49,545 nt of DNA, from positions 1 through 49,545 of the forward strand of contig JADGGV010000001.1 of NCBI GenBank assembly GCA_019689775.1. Reading direction: 5' to 3'. A program made the translations under genes and the position numbers. This stretch comes from Gemmatimonadota bacterium. Lineage in GTDB: Bacteria > Gemmatimonadota > Gemmatimonadetes > Longimicrobiales > RSA9. Shown here piece after piece: positions 10,094 to 19,566 of this stretch. Each line of letters begins with the position of its first letter. The first letter of the stretch is position 1. A model generated the notes under the pieces. It was given only the letters and a program-made list of their open reading frames with translations, had not been told where the DNA came from and made no database searches.

Positions 10094-11358
10094 GACCCCT
10101 CGGCCCGTGGCAGATGCTCCAGGAGAAGGGCGAGCGCGGCCTGCGCGGCGCGCTCCCGCACCTCCGCCCGGTCGCCCGGGAAGCGGAAATGGCGGACATC
10201 CATCGCGCCGTCGACGGCGACGGCGATCCAGACCGTCCCGACGGGCTTGGCCTCGCTACCGCCGTCCGGCCCCGCGATCCCGGTGACCGCGATGGCCGCC
10301 CGAGCGCCCGTGCGCGCGCGCACGCCGTCGGCCATCTCGCGCGCCGTTTCCACGCTCACGGCGCCGTGGTCCCGGAGGGTCTCGGGGCGGACCCCGAGGA
10401 GGGCGACCTTCGCCTCGTTCGAGTAGGAGACGATGCCGGCGGTCAGGAACCCGGAGGCGCCCGGCCGGTCCGTCAGTCGCTTGGCGATGAGCCCGCCCGT
10501 GCAGCTCTCGGCGAGCGACAGCGAGAGGCCGGCTGCGACGAGGCGCTCGGAGACCACGTCCACGAGGTCCTGCGCGTCCCGGCCGTAGAGATGACCGCCC
10601 AGCCGCGCGGTGAGCGCCAGATCGGCGGCCTCCAGCCGGCGCCGGGCCTCCGCCGCCGGAAGACCGCCCCAACTCGTGAGGCGAATGTCCACGCCCACGG
10701 CGCTCGGGAGAAACGCGACGGTGAGCGGCTCCAGCGGCGGGAGCAGATCGGCGACGCGCTCGGCGAGCGTGGATTCCGGAATGCCCGTCGTCCGCAACGT
10801 CCGATGCAGGATCGGCCCGGGGCGCGCCGGCCAGCGACGGACGAGGTAGTCGATGACCGAACCGTCCACAATCGCGCGCATCTCGGCCGGCACGCCGGGA
10901 AGGAGGATGGCGAAGCGCCCACGCTCGTCCTCGAGCAGGAGGCCGGGCGCCGTGCCGCGCGGGTTCGGGAAAATGGTCGCCCCGGCCGGCACCTCCGCCT
11001 GCGTCCGGTTGTTCGGCGCCATCCGGATGCCGCGCGCCTCGAAGCGACGACGGAGCGCCTCCAGCAGCGCGGCGTCGAGGACCAGCTCGCGGCGGAAGAT
11101 CGCCGCGACGACGGGTTTGGTCAGGTCGTCGGGCGTCGGCCCGAGCCCGCCGGTGCAGATGACCGCCCCCGTCCGCTCCAGCGCCTCCGTGACGGCATCC
11201 CGGATGTCCGCGGCCGTGTCACCGACGGTGGCGCGCCGCGCGACCCGCACCCCAACAGCCGCCAGCCGCCGCCCGAGCCATGCGGCGTTGGTGTCGACCG
11301 TCTCCCCGAGGAGCAGCTCGTTGCCGACCGCGACGATTTCGACGGCCGCCTCCGCCAT
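10090..11358 (-). CDS. cinA: CinA family protein (MoCF-binding domain plus nicotinamide-nucleotide amidohydrolase PncC domain)
   Basis: The motifs are AVGNELLLGETVDTNAAWL, TGGLGPTPDDLT and the C-terminal ESCTGGL...VTGIAGPDGG. I prefer the start at 11358 (MAEAAVEIV), where that ATG shares one nucleotide with the pgsA stop (TGATG). Confidence 0.88.
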   Translation of the reverse strand: MAEAAVEIVAVGNELLLGETVDTNAAWLGRRLAAVGVRVARRATVGDTAADIRDAVTEALERTGAVICTGGLGPTPDDLTKPVVAAIFRRELVLDAALLEALRRRFEARGIRMAPNNRTQAEVPAGATIFPNPRGTAPGLLLEDERGRFAILLPGVPAEMRAIVDGSVIDYLVRRWPARPGPILHRTLRTTGIPESTLAERVADLLPPLEPLTVAFLPSAVGVDIRLTSWGGLPAAEARRRLEAADLALTARLGGHLYGRDAQDLVDVVSERLVAAGLSLSLAESCTGGLIAKRLTDRPGASGFLTAGIVSYSNEAKVALLGVRPETLRDHGAVSVETAREMADGVRARTGARAAIAVTGIAGPDGGSEAKPVGTVWIAVAVDGAMDVRHFRFPGDRAEVRERAAQAALALLLEHLPRAEGS

Positions 11359-12002
11359 CACGCCACCTGCTTGACCAGGCTCCGCCACCCCCAGAGGTAC
11401 ACGCCGAGCGAATAGACGGTCAGCGCGACCGCCGCGAGGAGCGTGACGGCGAGAACGGTCCCGTGGAAGACCTGCCACGCCTGCCACAGGCGCCCGGTCC
11501 AGCTCCCTTCCCGCGCGGCGCTCTCGAGCGCGTACCAGAGGATCGTCGTACCAATGAAGATGTTCTGCGTCAGCGCCTTGTACTTGCCGGCCCGCCCGGC
11601 CGGGATGACGACGCCGCGCCGCGCGGCGAGCGCGCGCAGCAGCGTGATCAGCAGCTCGCGCCCGAACACGACCAGTAGCACCCAGAGCGGGAGCGTGCGC
11701 CAGAGCGGCAACGGCTGTGCATCGGCGCGGTGCGAGAGCAGATAGAACGGGACGAAGGTGACGACGAGGAGCAGCTTGTCGGCGATGGGGTCGACGAGCT
11801 TCCCGAAGTCACTGATCCAGCCGTGCTTCCGGGCGAGGTAGCCGTCCCAGAGATCCGAGGCCGCCGCCACCAGGAACAGGCCGAACGACAGCAGCCGCGT
11901 GCCGGCGTCCTCATCGAGGAGGAGGAGCAGGATCGCCGGCGCCAGGACGATGCGGCCGACCGTGATCGCGTTCGGCAGCGTGCTGCGGCGGAACAACGAC
12001 AT
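11358..12002 (-). CDS. pgsA: CDP-diacylglycerol--glycerol-3-phosphate 3-phosphatidyltransferase
   Basis: The CDP-alcohol phosphotransferase motif is present (SDLWDGYLARKHGWISDFGKLVDPIADKLL), and the protein has multiple TM helices. Confidence 0.88.
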   Translation of the reverse strand: MSLFRRSTLPNAITVGRIVLAPAILLLLLDEDAGTRLLSFGLFLVAAASDLWDGYLARKHGWISDFGKLVDPIADKLLLVVTFVPFYLLSHRADAQPLPLWRTLPLWVLLVVFGRELLITLLRALAARRGVVIPAGRAGKYKALTQNIFIGTTILWYALESAAREGSWTGRLWQAWQVFHGTVLAVTLLAAVALTVYSLGVYLWGWRSLVKQVA

Positions 12003-12008
12003 AGGGGC

Positions 12009-12587
12009 TCAGCCGAGGCTCTTGAGGACGAGCTTGCTGACCGCCTTGAGGGTATCGAACACGCCTTCGCCTTCGACGGCGGTGGCCTCGAATTCGGGCA
12101 GGTGGTCCGGGTTGATCTGCTCGCGGAGCTCGGCGATGGGCAACGCGTTCGGAAGGTCCCGCTTGTTGTACTGGAGCACGATCGGCAGCGTCCGCGGATC
12201 GTAGCCGTACTCGGCCAGGTTCTCGTAGAGGTTGTGCATGGAGGCGATGTTCGCATCCATGCGCTCCGGCTGCGAGTCGGCGACGAACACGATCCCGTCG
12301 ACACCCTTGAGGATCAGGCGCCGGCTCGCGTTGTAATAGACCTGACCCGGGACCGTGTACAGGTGAAAGCGGGTCTTGAAGCCGCGGATCTCGCCCAGAT
12401 CCACCGGGAGGAAGTCGAAGAACAGCGTCCGCTCTTGCTCGGTGGCGAGCGAGATCAGCTTCCCCCGGGTCTCCGGGTTGACCCGCTCATAGATGTACTC
12501 CAGGTTCGTCGTCTTGCCGCCGAGCCCCGGGCCGTAGTAGACCAACTTGCAGTTGATCTCCCGGCTGGCGTAGTTGATCATCGACAT
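12009..12587 (-). CDS. mglA: Ras-like small GTPase MglA
   Basis: The N-terminus [26 protein letters not shown], the motif [31 protein letters not shown] and the NKRD G4 motif together form the characteristic MglA signature. Confidence 0.92.
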   Translation of the reverse strand: MSMINYASREINCKLVYYGPGLGGKTTNLEYIYERVNPETRGKLISLATEQERTLFFDFLPVDLGEIRGFKTRFHLYTVPGQVYYNASRRLILKGVDGIVFVADSQPERMDANIASMHNLYENLAEYGYDPRTLPIVLQYNKRDLPNALPIAELREQINPDHLPEFEATAVEGEGVFDTLKAVSKLVLKSLG

Positions 12588-12597
12588 CGGCCGTCAC

Positions 12598-13089
12598 CTA
12601 CCCGTTGAAGAGGCGGTCGATCTCGTCGGCGGCGGCCGCCAGCCACGCCGGGTCCAACGGCCCGCCGGGCGCGGGCGCACGGTCGCCCATCTCCGCGAAG
12701 ACCGCGGCGACCTGCGGCAGCAGGGCCCGCATCTGGAGGCGCACGAGCCCGAGCGTCGAGCGGTCGTCGAAGATCGCCGCCAGGATCGCCTGCCCACCGA
12801 CATCGGCCAACAGCATGGATTGCCGCTCGCCCGCATGGTAGAGGGAGCTGAAGTCCGCTTCGCCGAGGAGCTGCGCGAGCTGGTCGCTCGCCGCGAAGTC
12901 CGCGGCCGCCAGGCTGGCGAACGTGGTCGGGTCCAGCTCGCCCGTCTCACCGGCGGCCGTCAGGAACCGCCCGGTTCGGTCGAGCAGGAGCGCGCAGCGC
13001 AGCCGCGCCTCCGAAAGGAACGACGCGAGCAGCGCATCCAGCCGCGCGAGATCCTCGGCGGCGATCGCCCACTGGCCGTCGGCCATCAT
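12598..13089 (-). CDS. mglB: Roadblock/LC7 domain protein MglB (the GAP of MglA)
   Basis: This is the C-terminal 163 codons of tracked ORF 12598-13449, starting at MMADGQW. The Roadblock-like pattern is ALLLDRTGRFLTAAG...MLLADVGGQAILAAIFD. It lies directly upstream of mglA. Confidence 0.8.
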   Translation of the reverse strand: MMADGQWAIAAEDLARLDALLASFLSEARLRCALLLDRTGRFLTAAGETGELDPTTFASLAAADFAASDQLAQLLGEADFSSLYHAGERQSMLLADVGGQAILAAIFDDRSTLGLVRLQMRALLPQVAAVFAEMGDRAPAPGGPLDPAWLAAAADEIDRLFNG

Positions 13090-13415
13090 CCGGCCACTCC
13101 ACCCTGAGCCGACGCCGTCTCCTGGAGCCGCCGTTCCATCCGCGCCAGGATCAGGGCCGCGCGGCGGCGGAGCAGCGGGCGGGGCTCCCATGCCAGGAAG
13201 TCCCGGAGCAAGCGTACCGTCTCGACGGACGGATCCAGCCCGCCCAGGTAGCCGAGCGCCGCCAGGCGCCGCAGCGGGTGGGAGCTGAAGAGCTCGCGCC
13301 GATGGCGCTCGATCTGATCCCGCATCACCAGGGCGCCCAACGCCGCGGCCGCGCCGATGGCCAGGAGCACCCACCCCGTCGTCCGAAGGATCCGCCGCCG
13401 TTCCATAGACGTCAT
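13086..13415 (-). CDS. Hypothetical single-TM protein with a HEAT-repeat-like tail (109 aa)
   Basis: It starts at MTSMERRRILRTTGWVLLAIGAAAALGALV (a TM helix), followed by LRRLAALGYLGGLDPSVETVRLLRDFL, which is HEAT/PBS-lyase like. Its ATG shares one nucleotide with the recR stop (TGATG), and its stop overlaps the mglB ATG (ATGA). The codon third positions are GC-rich. Confidence 0.6.
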   Translation of the reverse strand: MTSMERRRILRTTGWVLLAIGAAAALGALVMRDQIERHRRELFSSHPLRRLAALGYLGGLDPSVETVRLLRDFLAWEPRPLLRRRAALILARMERRLQETASAQGGVAG

Positions 13416-14041
13416 CAAAGCTCTCGCCGCCCCGCCAGCGCCTCTGCAATCGTGACGCCGTCGGCGTACTCCAGGTCGCCGCCCACCGGAAGGCCCCGGG
13501 CGAGGCGCGTCACGCGCACCCCCAGTGGACCGATCAGCTTCTGCAGGTAGAGGGCCGTCGCCTCCCCTTCGACGCTCGGGTTGGTCGCCACGATCACCTC
13601 GCGCACCACCGAGCCGTTTCCCAAACGCCGCAGCAGGGCCGCGATGTTCAGGTCCTCCGGATTGATCCCCTCGAGCGGGGAGAGCCGTCCACCGAGAACG
13701 TGGTAGCGGCCGTGGTACTGGCCGGTCCGCTCGATCGCGCCGATGTCCGCCGCCTCCTCCACCACACAGATCGCGCTCGGGTCCCGGCGCGGGTTCGCGC
13801 AGAAGGCGCACGGATCGTGCTCCGACAGGTTGCCGCATTCCGAGCAGGGTCGCACCTGCTCGGCCACGGCCTCCAGCACGCGGGCCAGGCGTTGGATCTC
13901 CTCGGGAGGGCGCTTCAGCAGGTAATAGGTCAGCCGCAACGCCGTCTTGCGGCCGATCCCCGGGAGGCGGGAGAGCTCGCCGGTGAGATCATCGATTACC
14001 GCCACGACTGCCCCTCTCGATCCCCCCGGCCATGCCGGCAC
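13415..14041 (-). CDS. recR: Recombination protein RecR
   Basis: The motifs are LPGIGRKTALRL (HhH), the zinc finger CSECGNLSEHDPCAFC and a Toprim region. An alternative GTG start at 14005 is preceded by GAGAGGGG. Confidence 0.92.
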   Translation of the reverse strand: MPAWPGGSRGAVVAVIDDLTGELSRLPGIGRKTALRLTYYLLKRPPEEIQRLARVLEAVAEQVRPCSECGNLSEHDPCAFCANPRRDPSAICVVEEAADIGAIERTGQYHGRYHVLGGRLSPLEGINPEDLNIAALLRRLGNGSVVREVIVATNPSVEGEATALYLQKLIGPLGVRVTRLARGLPVGGDLEYADGVTIAEALAGRREL

Positions 14042-14120
14042 GGGCCGTGCCCCCGCCCGCGCCGGCTCCGCCGTGGGGCCCTCCCCGGCCGCTCCGCCGG
14101 GACCTCGCTACCACGGTCGT

Positions 14121-14444
14121 TCACAGGAAGTTCGGCAACTGGAAGGGGAGCGGAAATCCGCCCGCGACCTTCGTCAGCTCCTCTTCGTAGAGTTGCTGGG
14201 CGCGCTGCTGGGCTTCGCCGACCGCGGCCAGGACCAGATCCTCGAGCATCTCGACGTCGTCGCGGTCCACGACGGCCGGGTCGATCTTCACCTCGCGGAT
14301 CTTGCCCCGGCCGTCCGCCGTCACGGTCACCATGCCACCACCGCTGGATACCGTAACGGTCCGGTTCCCAAGCTCCGTCTGGAGTTGGTTCATTCGGGCC
14401 TGGACCTGCTGGCCCATCTGCAAGATCTGCTGGAAATTCGTCAT
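14121..14444 (-). CDS. ybaB: YbaB/EbfC family nucleoid-associated protein
   Basis: The sequence MTNFQQILQMGQQVQARMNQLQTEL...VTVSSGGGMVTVTADGRGKIREVKIDP is typical of the family. I prefer the ATG at 14444. GGAGG lies upstream. Confidence 0.9.
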   Translation of the reverse strand: MTNFQQILQMGQQVQARMNQLQTELGNRTVTVSSGGGMVTVTADGRGKIREVKIDPAVVDRDDVEMLEDLVLAAVGEAQQRAQQLYEEELTKVAGGFPLPFQLPNFL

Positions 14445-14480
14445 GGTCGGCGGGGCCTCCGAACACCGTCCTCTCGGTCG

Positions 14481-14510
14481 ATAATAGGCGCGGCGACCTC
14501 GGCTCCGCAA
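14481..14510 (-). promoter_or_regulatory. Candidate sigma70-type promoter for the ybaB-recR operon
   Basis: The minus strand reads TTGCGG-N18-TATTAT, about 35 nt upstream of the ybaB ATG. Confidence 0.35.
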
Positions 14511-14573
14511 GGAGACCGGGCCGCCGCCACGGCGCGCGGACCGAGCCCGCGCCCCTGGAATCGCCTCGACGTA

Positions 14574-15005
14574 TTAGTACCGAAAGCCGCCTCCGGGGGT
14601 TCCGCCATCCGCCCGCCAGGCGTCCTCGACGTGCACCAGCTCCTGCGGTCGCCCGGCGCGTGCGACGACCGCCACGGCGTCGAAGCGGTAGACGTCGCCA
14701 GGGCGGCCATGCCGCGCCACCCACGCCCGGGCGACGCGCTCGATCTCGCGGCGCTTCGACCGGGTGATGGCGTCGAGCGGGTGGCCGAAGCCGGGGCCGG
14801 ACCTCGACTTTACCTCGATGAAGGCGACGACGCGGCCGCGGCGGGCCACGAGGTCGACCTCGTTGCGGCCCAGGCGGAAGTTGCGGGCGAGGATGGTCCA
14901 GCCCCGCGCCTCCAGGTGCGCTGCGGCAAGGGCCTCGCCCAGGCGGCCGAAGTCGTGTGGCCCACCCATGACGGCAGAGTCCGACGCCCGGCGGGGCGCC
15001 GCCAT
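14574..15005 (-). CDS. yraN: YraN family (UPF0102) endonuclease-like protein
   Basis: The sequence GEALAAAHLEARGWTILARNFRLGRNEVDLVARRGRVVAFIEVKSR is typical of the family. The start is uncertain, with an alternative ATG at 14969. Confidence 0.82.
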   Translation of the reverse strand: MAAPRRASDSAVMGGPHDFGRLGEALAAAHLEARGWTILARNFRLGRNEVDLVARRGRVVAFIEVKSRSGPGFGHPLDAITRSKRREIERVARAWVARHGRPGDVYRFDAVAVVARAGRPQELVHVEDAWRADGGTPGGGFRY

Positions 15006-15027
15006 GGCGTGGCGGGCGCGGGCGCGC

Positions 15028-16869
15028 TCAGTCGAGGAGCTCGAGCTCCCACGCCTCGACGGCGCGACCGAGGACCGGCTCCTCGCGGGAGAGGCGCGCG
15101 AGCCGGTCGGCCTTGACCTGCTCGGGCGTGAAGCGCGCCGGAGCCTCGGCGCCGCCGCCCGTGCCGAGCGCCCGCACGCGCAGCGTGACGGGCCGGCCGA
15201 GGCGGCCGGAGAACACCTCCTCCAATGCGCGGAGCGTCGCCGGCTCGGACGTGAGCCGCTCGAGCGCCGGGCCCGGCGGCACCTCCAGCACCACCTCGCC
15301 GTCCGTCTCGCCGCCGATGCGCGCGGCCTTCAGGAAGATCCCCAGCCCGGGCGGGATGCCTTCGCTCTTCGCGAGCAAGGCCCGCAGCGCGGCCTCGGCG
15401 GTATCCGCCCTTCCCCTCCCTCCGCGCCGGGGACTCGCGGCGGGCGCGGGGATGTCCTCGTCGCGCAGGTCACCCCATTCGGTCGGCGGGGGCGCATCGG
15501 CTGCCCAGACCTCGCGCGCCTCCGACCGGGTCGCGGCGCCGGCGGCCGGGGCGACGGCGCGGGGAGCACCGCCCCGCGCGGCCGCAGGGCCGGCAGCGGC
15601 CGCGCCGTCGAGATCGGCGAGCGGCGGGCGAGGCGGCCCGCCACCCCGCGGCGGCGCGGGCGGACGTCGCATCGAGGCTGCGCCCTCGCCCGACGGCGCG
15701 GCGTCCGCCGCCGGCACGCCCCCGGCCGCCCGAATCAGCTCCTCCAGCTCGATCGTGCGATCGAGGTGCGCGAAGCGGAGCAGGAGCGCCTCGAGCAGGA
15801 TGCGAGGGCTCGTGCTCTTGCGGAAGCGGCCTTCGGCGTCGATCTCAGCCACCTGGGCCAACATACGGAGGACGTCGCCGGTGCCGAAGCGGTCCGCGGC
15901 CTGCGCGAACGCGGGCCGCAGGTCGGGCCGGACGTCCAGCGCGTCGGCGCCCTCCAGCCGAGCCAGGAGGAGCGAGCGGAGCGCGCCGGCGAGGCCGCGG
16001 TTGAACTCCGCCAGGTCGTGCCCCTCGTCCACGAGCCGCTGCACGAAGTGGAACACGCCGGCATGGTCGCGCGCGGCCAGGATGTCGAACAGCTCGAGGA
16101 ACAGCTCCTCGCCGGTGAGGCCGAGCACGCGGCGCACGTCCTCCGCGGTGACGCGCCGGTCGGTGAAGGAGAGCACCTGGTCGAGCAGCGACAGCGCATC
16201 GCGCATCCCGCCCTCGGCCCGTCGGGCGATCGGGAGGAGCGCGTCGTCGTCCGCCTCGACGCCTTCCTGGGCGAGCACGGCCCGCAGGCGGTCGACGATC
16301 GCGGTCACGCTCAGCCGCCGGAAATCGAACCGCTGGCAGCGCGAGAGGATGGGCGGCGCCGCCTGCTGGATCTTCTGCGGCTCGGTCGTCGCGAACACGA
16401 AGATCACGCGCGGCGGCGGCTCCTCCAGGATCTTGAGGAGCGCGTTCCATGCCTCGCGCGTGAGCATGTGGGCTTCGTCGATTATGTAGACCTTGTAGCG
16501 CCGCTCGTCCGTCGGCGCGTACATGGCCCGCTCGCGCAGCTCCCGGGCGTCGTCGACGCCGCGGTTCGAGGCGGCGTCGATCTCGACCACGTCGAGCGAC
16601 GTGCGACCCGACCAGATCCGGCTGCACGACTCGCACGCCCCGCAGGGTTCGCCGTCCTCGGCCCGGTTCGGGCAGTTCAGCGCCATGGCGAGGACGCGCG
16701 CGGCCGTCGTCTTCCCCACCCCGCGCGGGCCAGCGAACAGATACGCATGAGCGACGCGCCCCCGCGCGACGGCGGCGCGTAGCGTCGCGGAGACGTGCTC
16801 CTGCGTCGCCATCTCCGCGAAACGGCGGGGGCGGTAGACGCGGGCGAGGGCGGTCCTCGTGGTCGACAT
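15028..16869 (-). CDS. dnaX: DNA polymerase III subunit gamma/tau
   Basis: The motifs are HAYLFAGPRGVGKTT, the zinc module CGACESC, VYIIDEAHML and TTEPQKI. The C-terminal half is Ala/Pro/Gly-rich and tau-like. Confidence 0.95.
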   Translation of the reverse strand: MSTTRTALARVYRPRRFAEMATQEHVSATLRAAVARGRVAHAYLFAGPRGVGKTTAARVLAMALNCPNRAEDGEPCGACESCSRIWSGRTSLDVVEIDAASNRGVDDARELRERAMYAPTDERRYKVYIIDEAHMLTREAWNALLKILEEPPPRVIFVFATTEPQKIQQAAPPILSRCQRFDFRRLSVTAIVDRLRAVLAQEGVEADDDALLPIARRAEGGMRDALSLLDQVLSFTDRRVTAEDVRRVLGLTGEELFLELFDILAARDHAGVFHFVQRLVDEGHDLAEFNRGLAGALRSLLLARLEGADALDVRPDLRPAFAQAADRFGTGDVLRMLAQVAEIDAEGRFRKSTSPRILLEALLLRFAHLDRTIELEELIRAAGGVPAADAAPSGEGAASMRRPPAPPRGGGPPRPPLADLDGAAAAGPAAARGGAPRAVAPAAGAATRSEAREVWAADAPPPTEWGDLRDEDIPAPAASPRRGGRGRADTAEAALRALLAKSEGIPPGLGIFLKAARIGGETDGEVVLEVPPGPALERLTSEPATLRALEEVFSGRLGRPVTLRVRALGTGGGAEAPARFTPEQVKADRLARLSREEPVLGRAVEAWELELLD

Positions 16870-17012
16870 CGCGTGTTCCTACGTGGCCAGCGGGTGGGCG
16901 GTGTCGTCGGTCAGCTTACGGGTCGGGGTGTACCGCGGCAAGGCGTCGTCCGGAGCGGCGCGGCGCCCGGCCACGCCGCGGCGCCCGGCGCCGGCGGGCC
17001 GGGACCGGGCAC

Positions 17013-17121
17013 AAAAAAAGCGCCCCAGGATTTCCCTAGCGACGTCCGCTGCGCTTAGCGCTGCTACCTGCGGGGTCCTGACGCGATTCGCGAGCTCGCG
17101 TCCTAGGGTCCTGGGGCACGT
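17013..17121 (-). ncRNA. ffs: Signal recognition particle RNA (small bacterial 4.5S type)
   Basis: The minus strand forms a long hairpin. The terminal stem pairs 5' GCCCCAGGA with UCCUGGGGC 3', and the next stem pairs CCCUAG with CUAGGG. The conserved helix-8 elements GUCAGG ... GGUAGCAGC are present. A U7 run follows the closing stem (plus-strand A-run at 17013-17019). The RNA sits upstream of dnaX, a common ffs position. Confidence 0.85.
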
Positions 17122-17128
17122 GCAACCA

Positions 17129-17157
17129 AATGTAACGGCGGCCAGGGTGGGGGTCAA
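17129..17157 (-). promoter_or_regulatory. Promoter of ffs
   Basis: The minus strand reads TTGACC-N17-TACATT, which places a transcription start about 7 nt downstream, at the base of the SRP RNA hairpin. Confidence 0.65.
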
Positions 17158-17205
17158 CCCGCGCCCCGCCGCAGCGTCCGCGGCAGAGCGTGCAGGGAGA
17201 ACGGC

Positions 17206-17646
17206 ATGGACGAGTGGCGCGCGAACCTGATCGAGGACCGGGAGGGCGCCGCGCGGGTGCTCCGCGGGAGCCGACGCATCGCCGTGCTCGGCATCAAGCC
17301 CGAGAGCCGGAGCGACCGGCCGGCGTTCTTCGTGCCGGAGTACCTCCAGCGCGCCGGCTACGAGATCGTGCCGGTGCCGGTCTACTACCCGGAGGTGACG
17401 ACGATCCTCGGGCAACGCGTCTACCGGCGGCTCGCCGACATCCCGGGCGCGGTGGACCTGGTCGTCGTCTTCCGCCGGCCCCACGACATCCCACCGCACC
17501 TGCCGGACATCCTCGCGAAGGCGCCGGCGGCCGCCTGGTTCCAGGCCGGGATCCGGAACGACGCCGCCGCAGCGGAGCTCGCGCGCGCCGGGATCCGGGT
17601 CGTGCAGGACCGGTGCACGATGGTGGAGCTGGAACGGATGCGCTGA
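17206..17646 (+). CDS. CoA-binding protein (YccU/YneT family)
   Basis: The motifs are RIAVLGIKPESRSDRPAFFVPEYLQRAGYEIVPV, VDLVVVFRRP and AWFQAGI. AGGGAGA lies upstream of the ATG. Confidence 0.85.
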   Translation: MDEWRANLIEDREGAARVLRGSRRIAVLGIKPESRSDRPAFFVPEYLQRAGYEIVPVPVYYPEVTTILGQRVYRRLADIPGAVDLVVVFRRPHDIPPHLPDILAKAPAAAWFQAGIRNDAAAAELARAGIRVVQDRCTMVELERMR

Positions 17647-17656
17647 GGCCGGGCGC

Positions 17657-18700
17657 TCAGGCCGGGACGCCGGCGAGCGGCGGCGCGAGCCGGCGACCGA
17701 TCGCGGCGGCGATCCCCGCCACCTGCTCCACCAGCTCCTCGAACTGCTCGGGCCAGAGCGATTGCGCGCCGTCGGAGCGCGCATGGTCCGGGTCCGGATG
17801 CACCTCGACGATGAGGCCGTCGGCGCCGGCGGCCACCGCGGCGCGGGCCATCGGGATGACCTTCGAGCGAATCCCGGTGCCGTGCGACGGATCGGCGATG
17901 ATCGGGAGGTGCGAGAGGGCGTGCACCACGGGGATCGCCGTCAGGTCGAGCACGTTGCGGGTGTGGTCGTCGAAGCCGCGGATGCCCCGCTCGCACAGGA
18001 TGACGCTGCCGTTGCCCTCCGCCAGGATGTACTCCGCGCTGAGGAGCAGCTCCTTGATCGTGGCGGCAAGCCCGCGTTTGAGCAGCACGGGCTTGCCGGT
18101 GCGGCCGGCGCGCCGCAGCAGCGGATAGTTCTGCATGTTGCGCGCGCCGATCTGGATGATGTCGGCGTACTCCGCCACGACGTCGACCGTCTCCGGCTCG
18201 AGCGCCTCGGTCACGATGGCCAGCCCGGTCTCCTCGCGGGCCTTGGCCAGGAGCTGTAACCCCTCGACGCCGAGGCCCTGGAAGGAGTAGGGCGAGGTGC
18301 GGGGCTTGAAGGCGCCGCCGCGCAGGATGGTCGCGCCGGCGGCCCGGAGGCGGTGCGCGATTGTCAGGATCTGGGCCTCGGACTCGACCGAGCACGGCCC
18401 GGCCATGAGGACGACGTCGGTGCCGCCGATCCGCGTGCCGTTCTCGAGATCGATCACCGTCGGCTCCGGCCGCCACTCGCGCGAAACCTGCTTGTACGGC
18501 TGTGTGACGTGGATCACCTGGAGCACGCCCGGCAAGCTCTCGAGCTGGCTGCTGTCGACCTTGCCGTCGTTGCCGACGAGGCCGACGGCGGTCCGCTGCT
18601 TCCCGGGCATCGGCCGGGCCTCGTACCCCATCTCCTCTATGACCTTCACGACGCGCCGGATATCGGCCTCGGTCGCGTCATGGCCCATGACGACCAGCAT
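17657..18700 (-). CDS. 3-deoxy-7-phosphoheptulonate (DAHP) synthase, type I-beta with an N-terminal ACT/ferredoxin-like regulatory domain
   Basis: The N-terminal small domain is [26 protein letters not shown]. The catalytic core shows [38 protein letters not shown] and LCERGIR. I prefer the ATG at 18700. Confidence 0.9.
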   Translation of the reverse strand: MLVVMGHDATEADIRRVVKVIEEMGYEARPMPGKQRTAVGLVGNDGKVDSSQLESLPGVLQVIHVTQPYKQVSREWRPEPTVIDLENGTRIGGTDVVLMAGPCSVESEAQILTIAHRLRAAGATILRGGAFKPRTSPYSFQGLGVEGLQLLAKAREETGLAIVTEALEPETVDVVAEYADIIQIGARNMQNYPLLRRAGRTGKPVLLKRGLAATIKELLLSAEYILAEGNGSVILCERGIRGFDDHTRNVLDLTAIPVVHALSHLPIIADPSHGTGIRSKVIPMARAAVAAGADGLIVEVHPDPDHARSDGAQSLWPEQFEELVEQVAGIAAAIGRRLAPPLAGVPA

Positions 18701-18797
18701 CGGAGTATCCCTGGAAACGGTGCTTCGAGCGGAGTGTCGATCGGGGCAATGTAAGCCGCGCCCGGCCAAGCGTCTAGGCGGGCACGGGACGAGAGGA

Positions 18798-19559
18798 TCA
18801 CAGCACGAGCCGCATTCCGTCCATGGCGACGAGGGTTTCGCCGCCCCAGCCGCCGTCGCGGATCCGCTCCGGCAGCGTCTCGCGCTCGAGCTGCGGGTAG
18901 ACGTGCGTCAGCACGAGGCGGCGCGGCCGCGCACGTCGCGCGAGCGCCGCGACGCGCGCCGGCGTCAGGTGCGCGTCCATCGCCAGCTCGTCGGGCAGCG
19001 AGCACTCGGCGATGAGCGTGTCCACGCCCTCGAACCAGGCGGCTAGCTCCTCGTCGTAGCCCGTGTCGCCGGTGTAGCCGAGCGAGGCCTGGCCGACGTC
19101 GAGGCGGTAGGCCAGCGATTCCGGTGTGTGCCGCGTCTTGGCGGCGCGCAACCAGACGCGGCCCGGCAGCTCGAGCGCCTCGCCGGGCGCGATCTCGCGG
19201 ATGGTCACCGGGAAGCCCGGGTCGCGCAGATAATTCCCGAACGCGTCCGCCAGCCGCTCGAACCGCTCGGCCGTGCCGGCGGGGCCCAGGACGGTGAGCG
19301 CCTCGGAGCGCGGCGTCGACAGGCCGTACCGGAGCGCGAAGAAGAGGATCGGGACCCCGCCGAGGTGGTCCGTATGGAAGTGGCTAAGCACCAGGTGGCT
19401 CAAGGTATCCCACGGCAAGCCGAACCGCGCCAGGTGGTGCAGGGAGCCCGGGCCGCAGTCCAGCAGCATGCGCAGCGCCCCTTCCTCCACGAAGTAGCTC
19501 GCGCAGACGCGGTCTCCCTCGGGCACCACGGTGCCCGAACCGACGATGGTCACGTCCAT
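18798..19559 (-). CDS. MBL-fold metallo-hydrolase (RNase Z/ElaC-like)
   Basis: The sequence runs [13 protein letters not shown]...LLDCGPG...[11 protein letters not shown] and includes the HxHxDH motif. I prefer the ATG at 19559. Confidence 0.82.
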   Translation of the reverse strand: MDVTIVGSGTVVPEGDRVCASYFVEEGALRMLLDCGPGSLHHLARFGLPWDTLSHLVLSHFHTDHLGGVPILFFALRYGLSTPRSEALTVLGPAGTAERFERLADAFGNYLRDPGFPVTIREIAPGEALELPGRVWLRAAKTRHTPESLAYRLDVGQASLGYTGDTGYDEELAAWFEGVDTLIAECSLPDELAMDAHLTPARVAALARRARPRRLVLTHVYPQLERETLPERIRDGGWGGETLVAMDGMRLVL

Positions 19560-19566
19560 ACGCGCC

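Noticed and set aside
15028-16869. I looked for a programmed frameshift or transcriptional slippage site in dnaX (A AAA AAG, or an A-run) that would produce a gamma subunit.
   Set aside because: No homopolymeric A/T run or slippery heptamer is visible in the coding strand of this gene.
17640-17670. The near-duplicate GCTGAGGCCGG / GCTCAGGCCGG lies at the convergent junction of the CoA-binding gene and the DAHP synthase gene, and could be a bidirectional terminator.
   Set aside because: Only a 5-bp stem (CTGAG/CTCAG) can form, and there is no T-run. The repeat is explained by the two stop-codon contexts.
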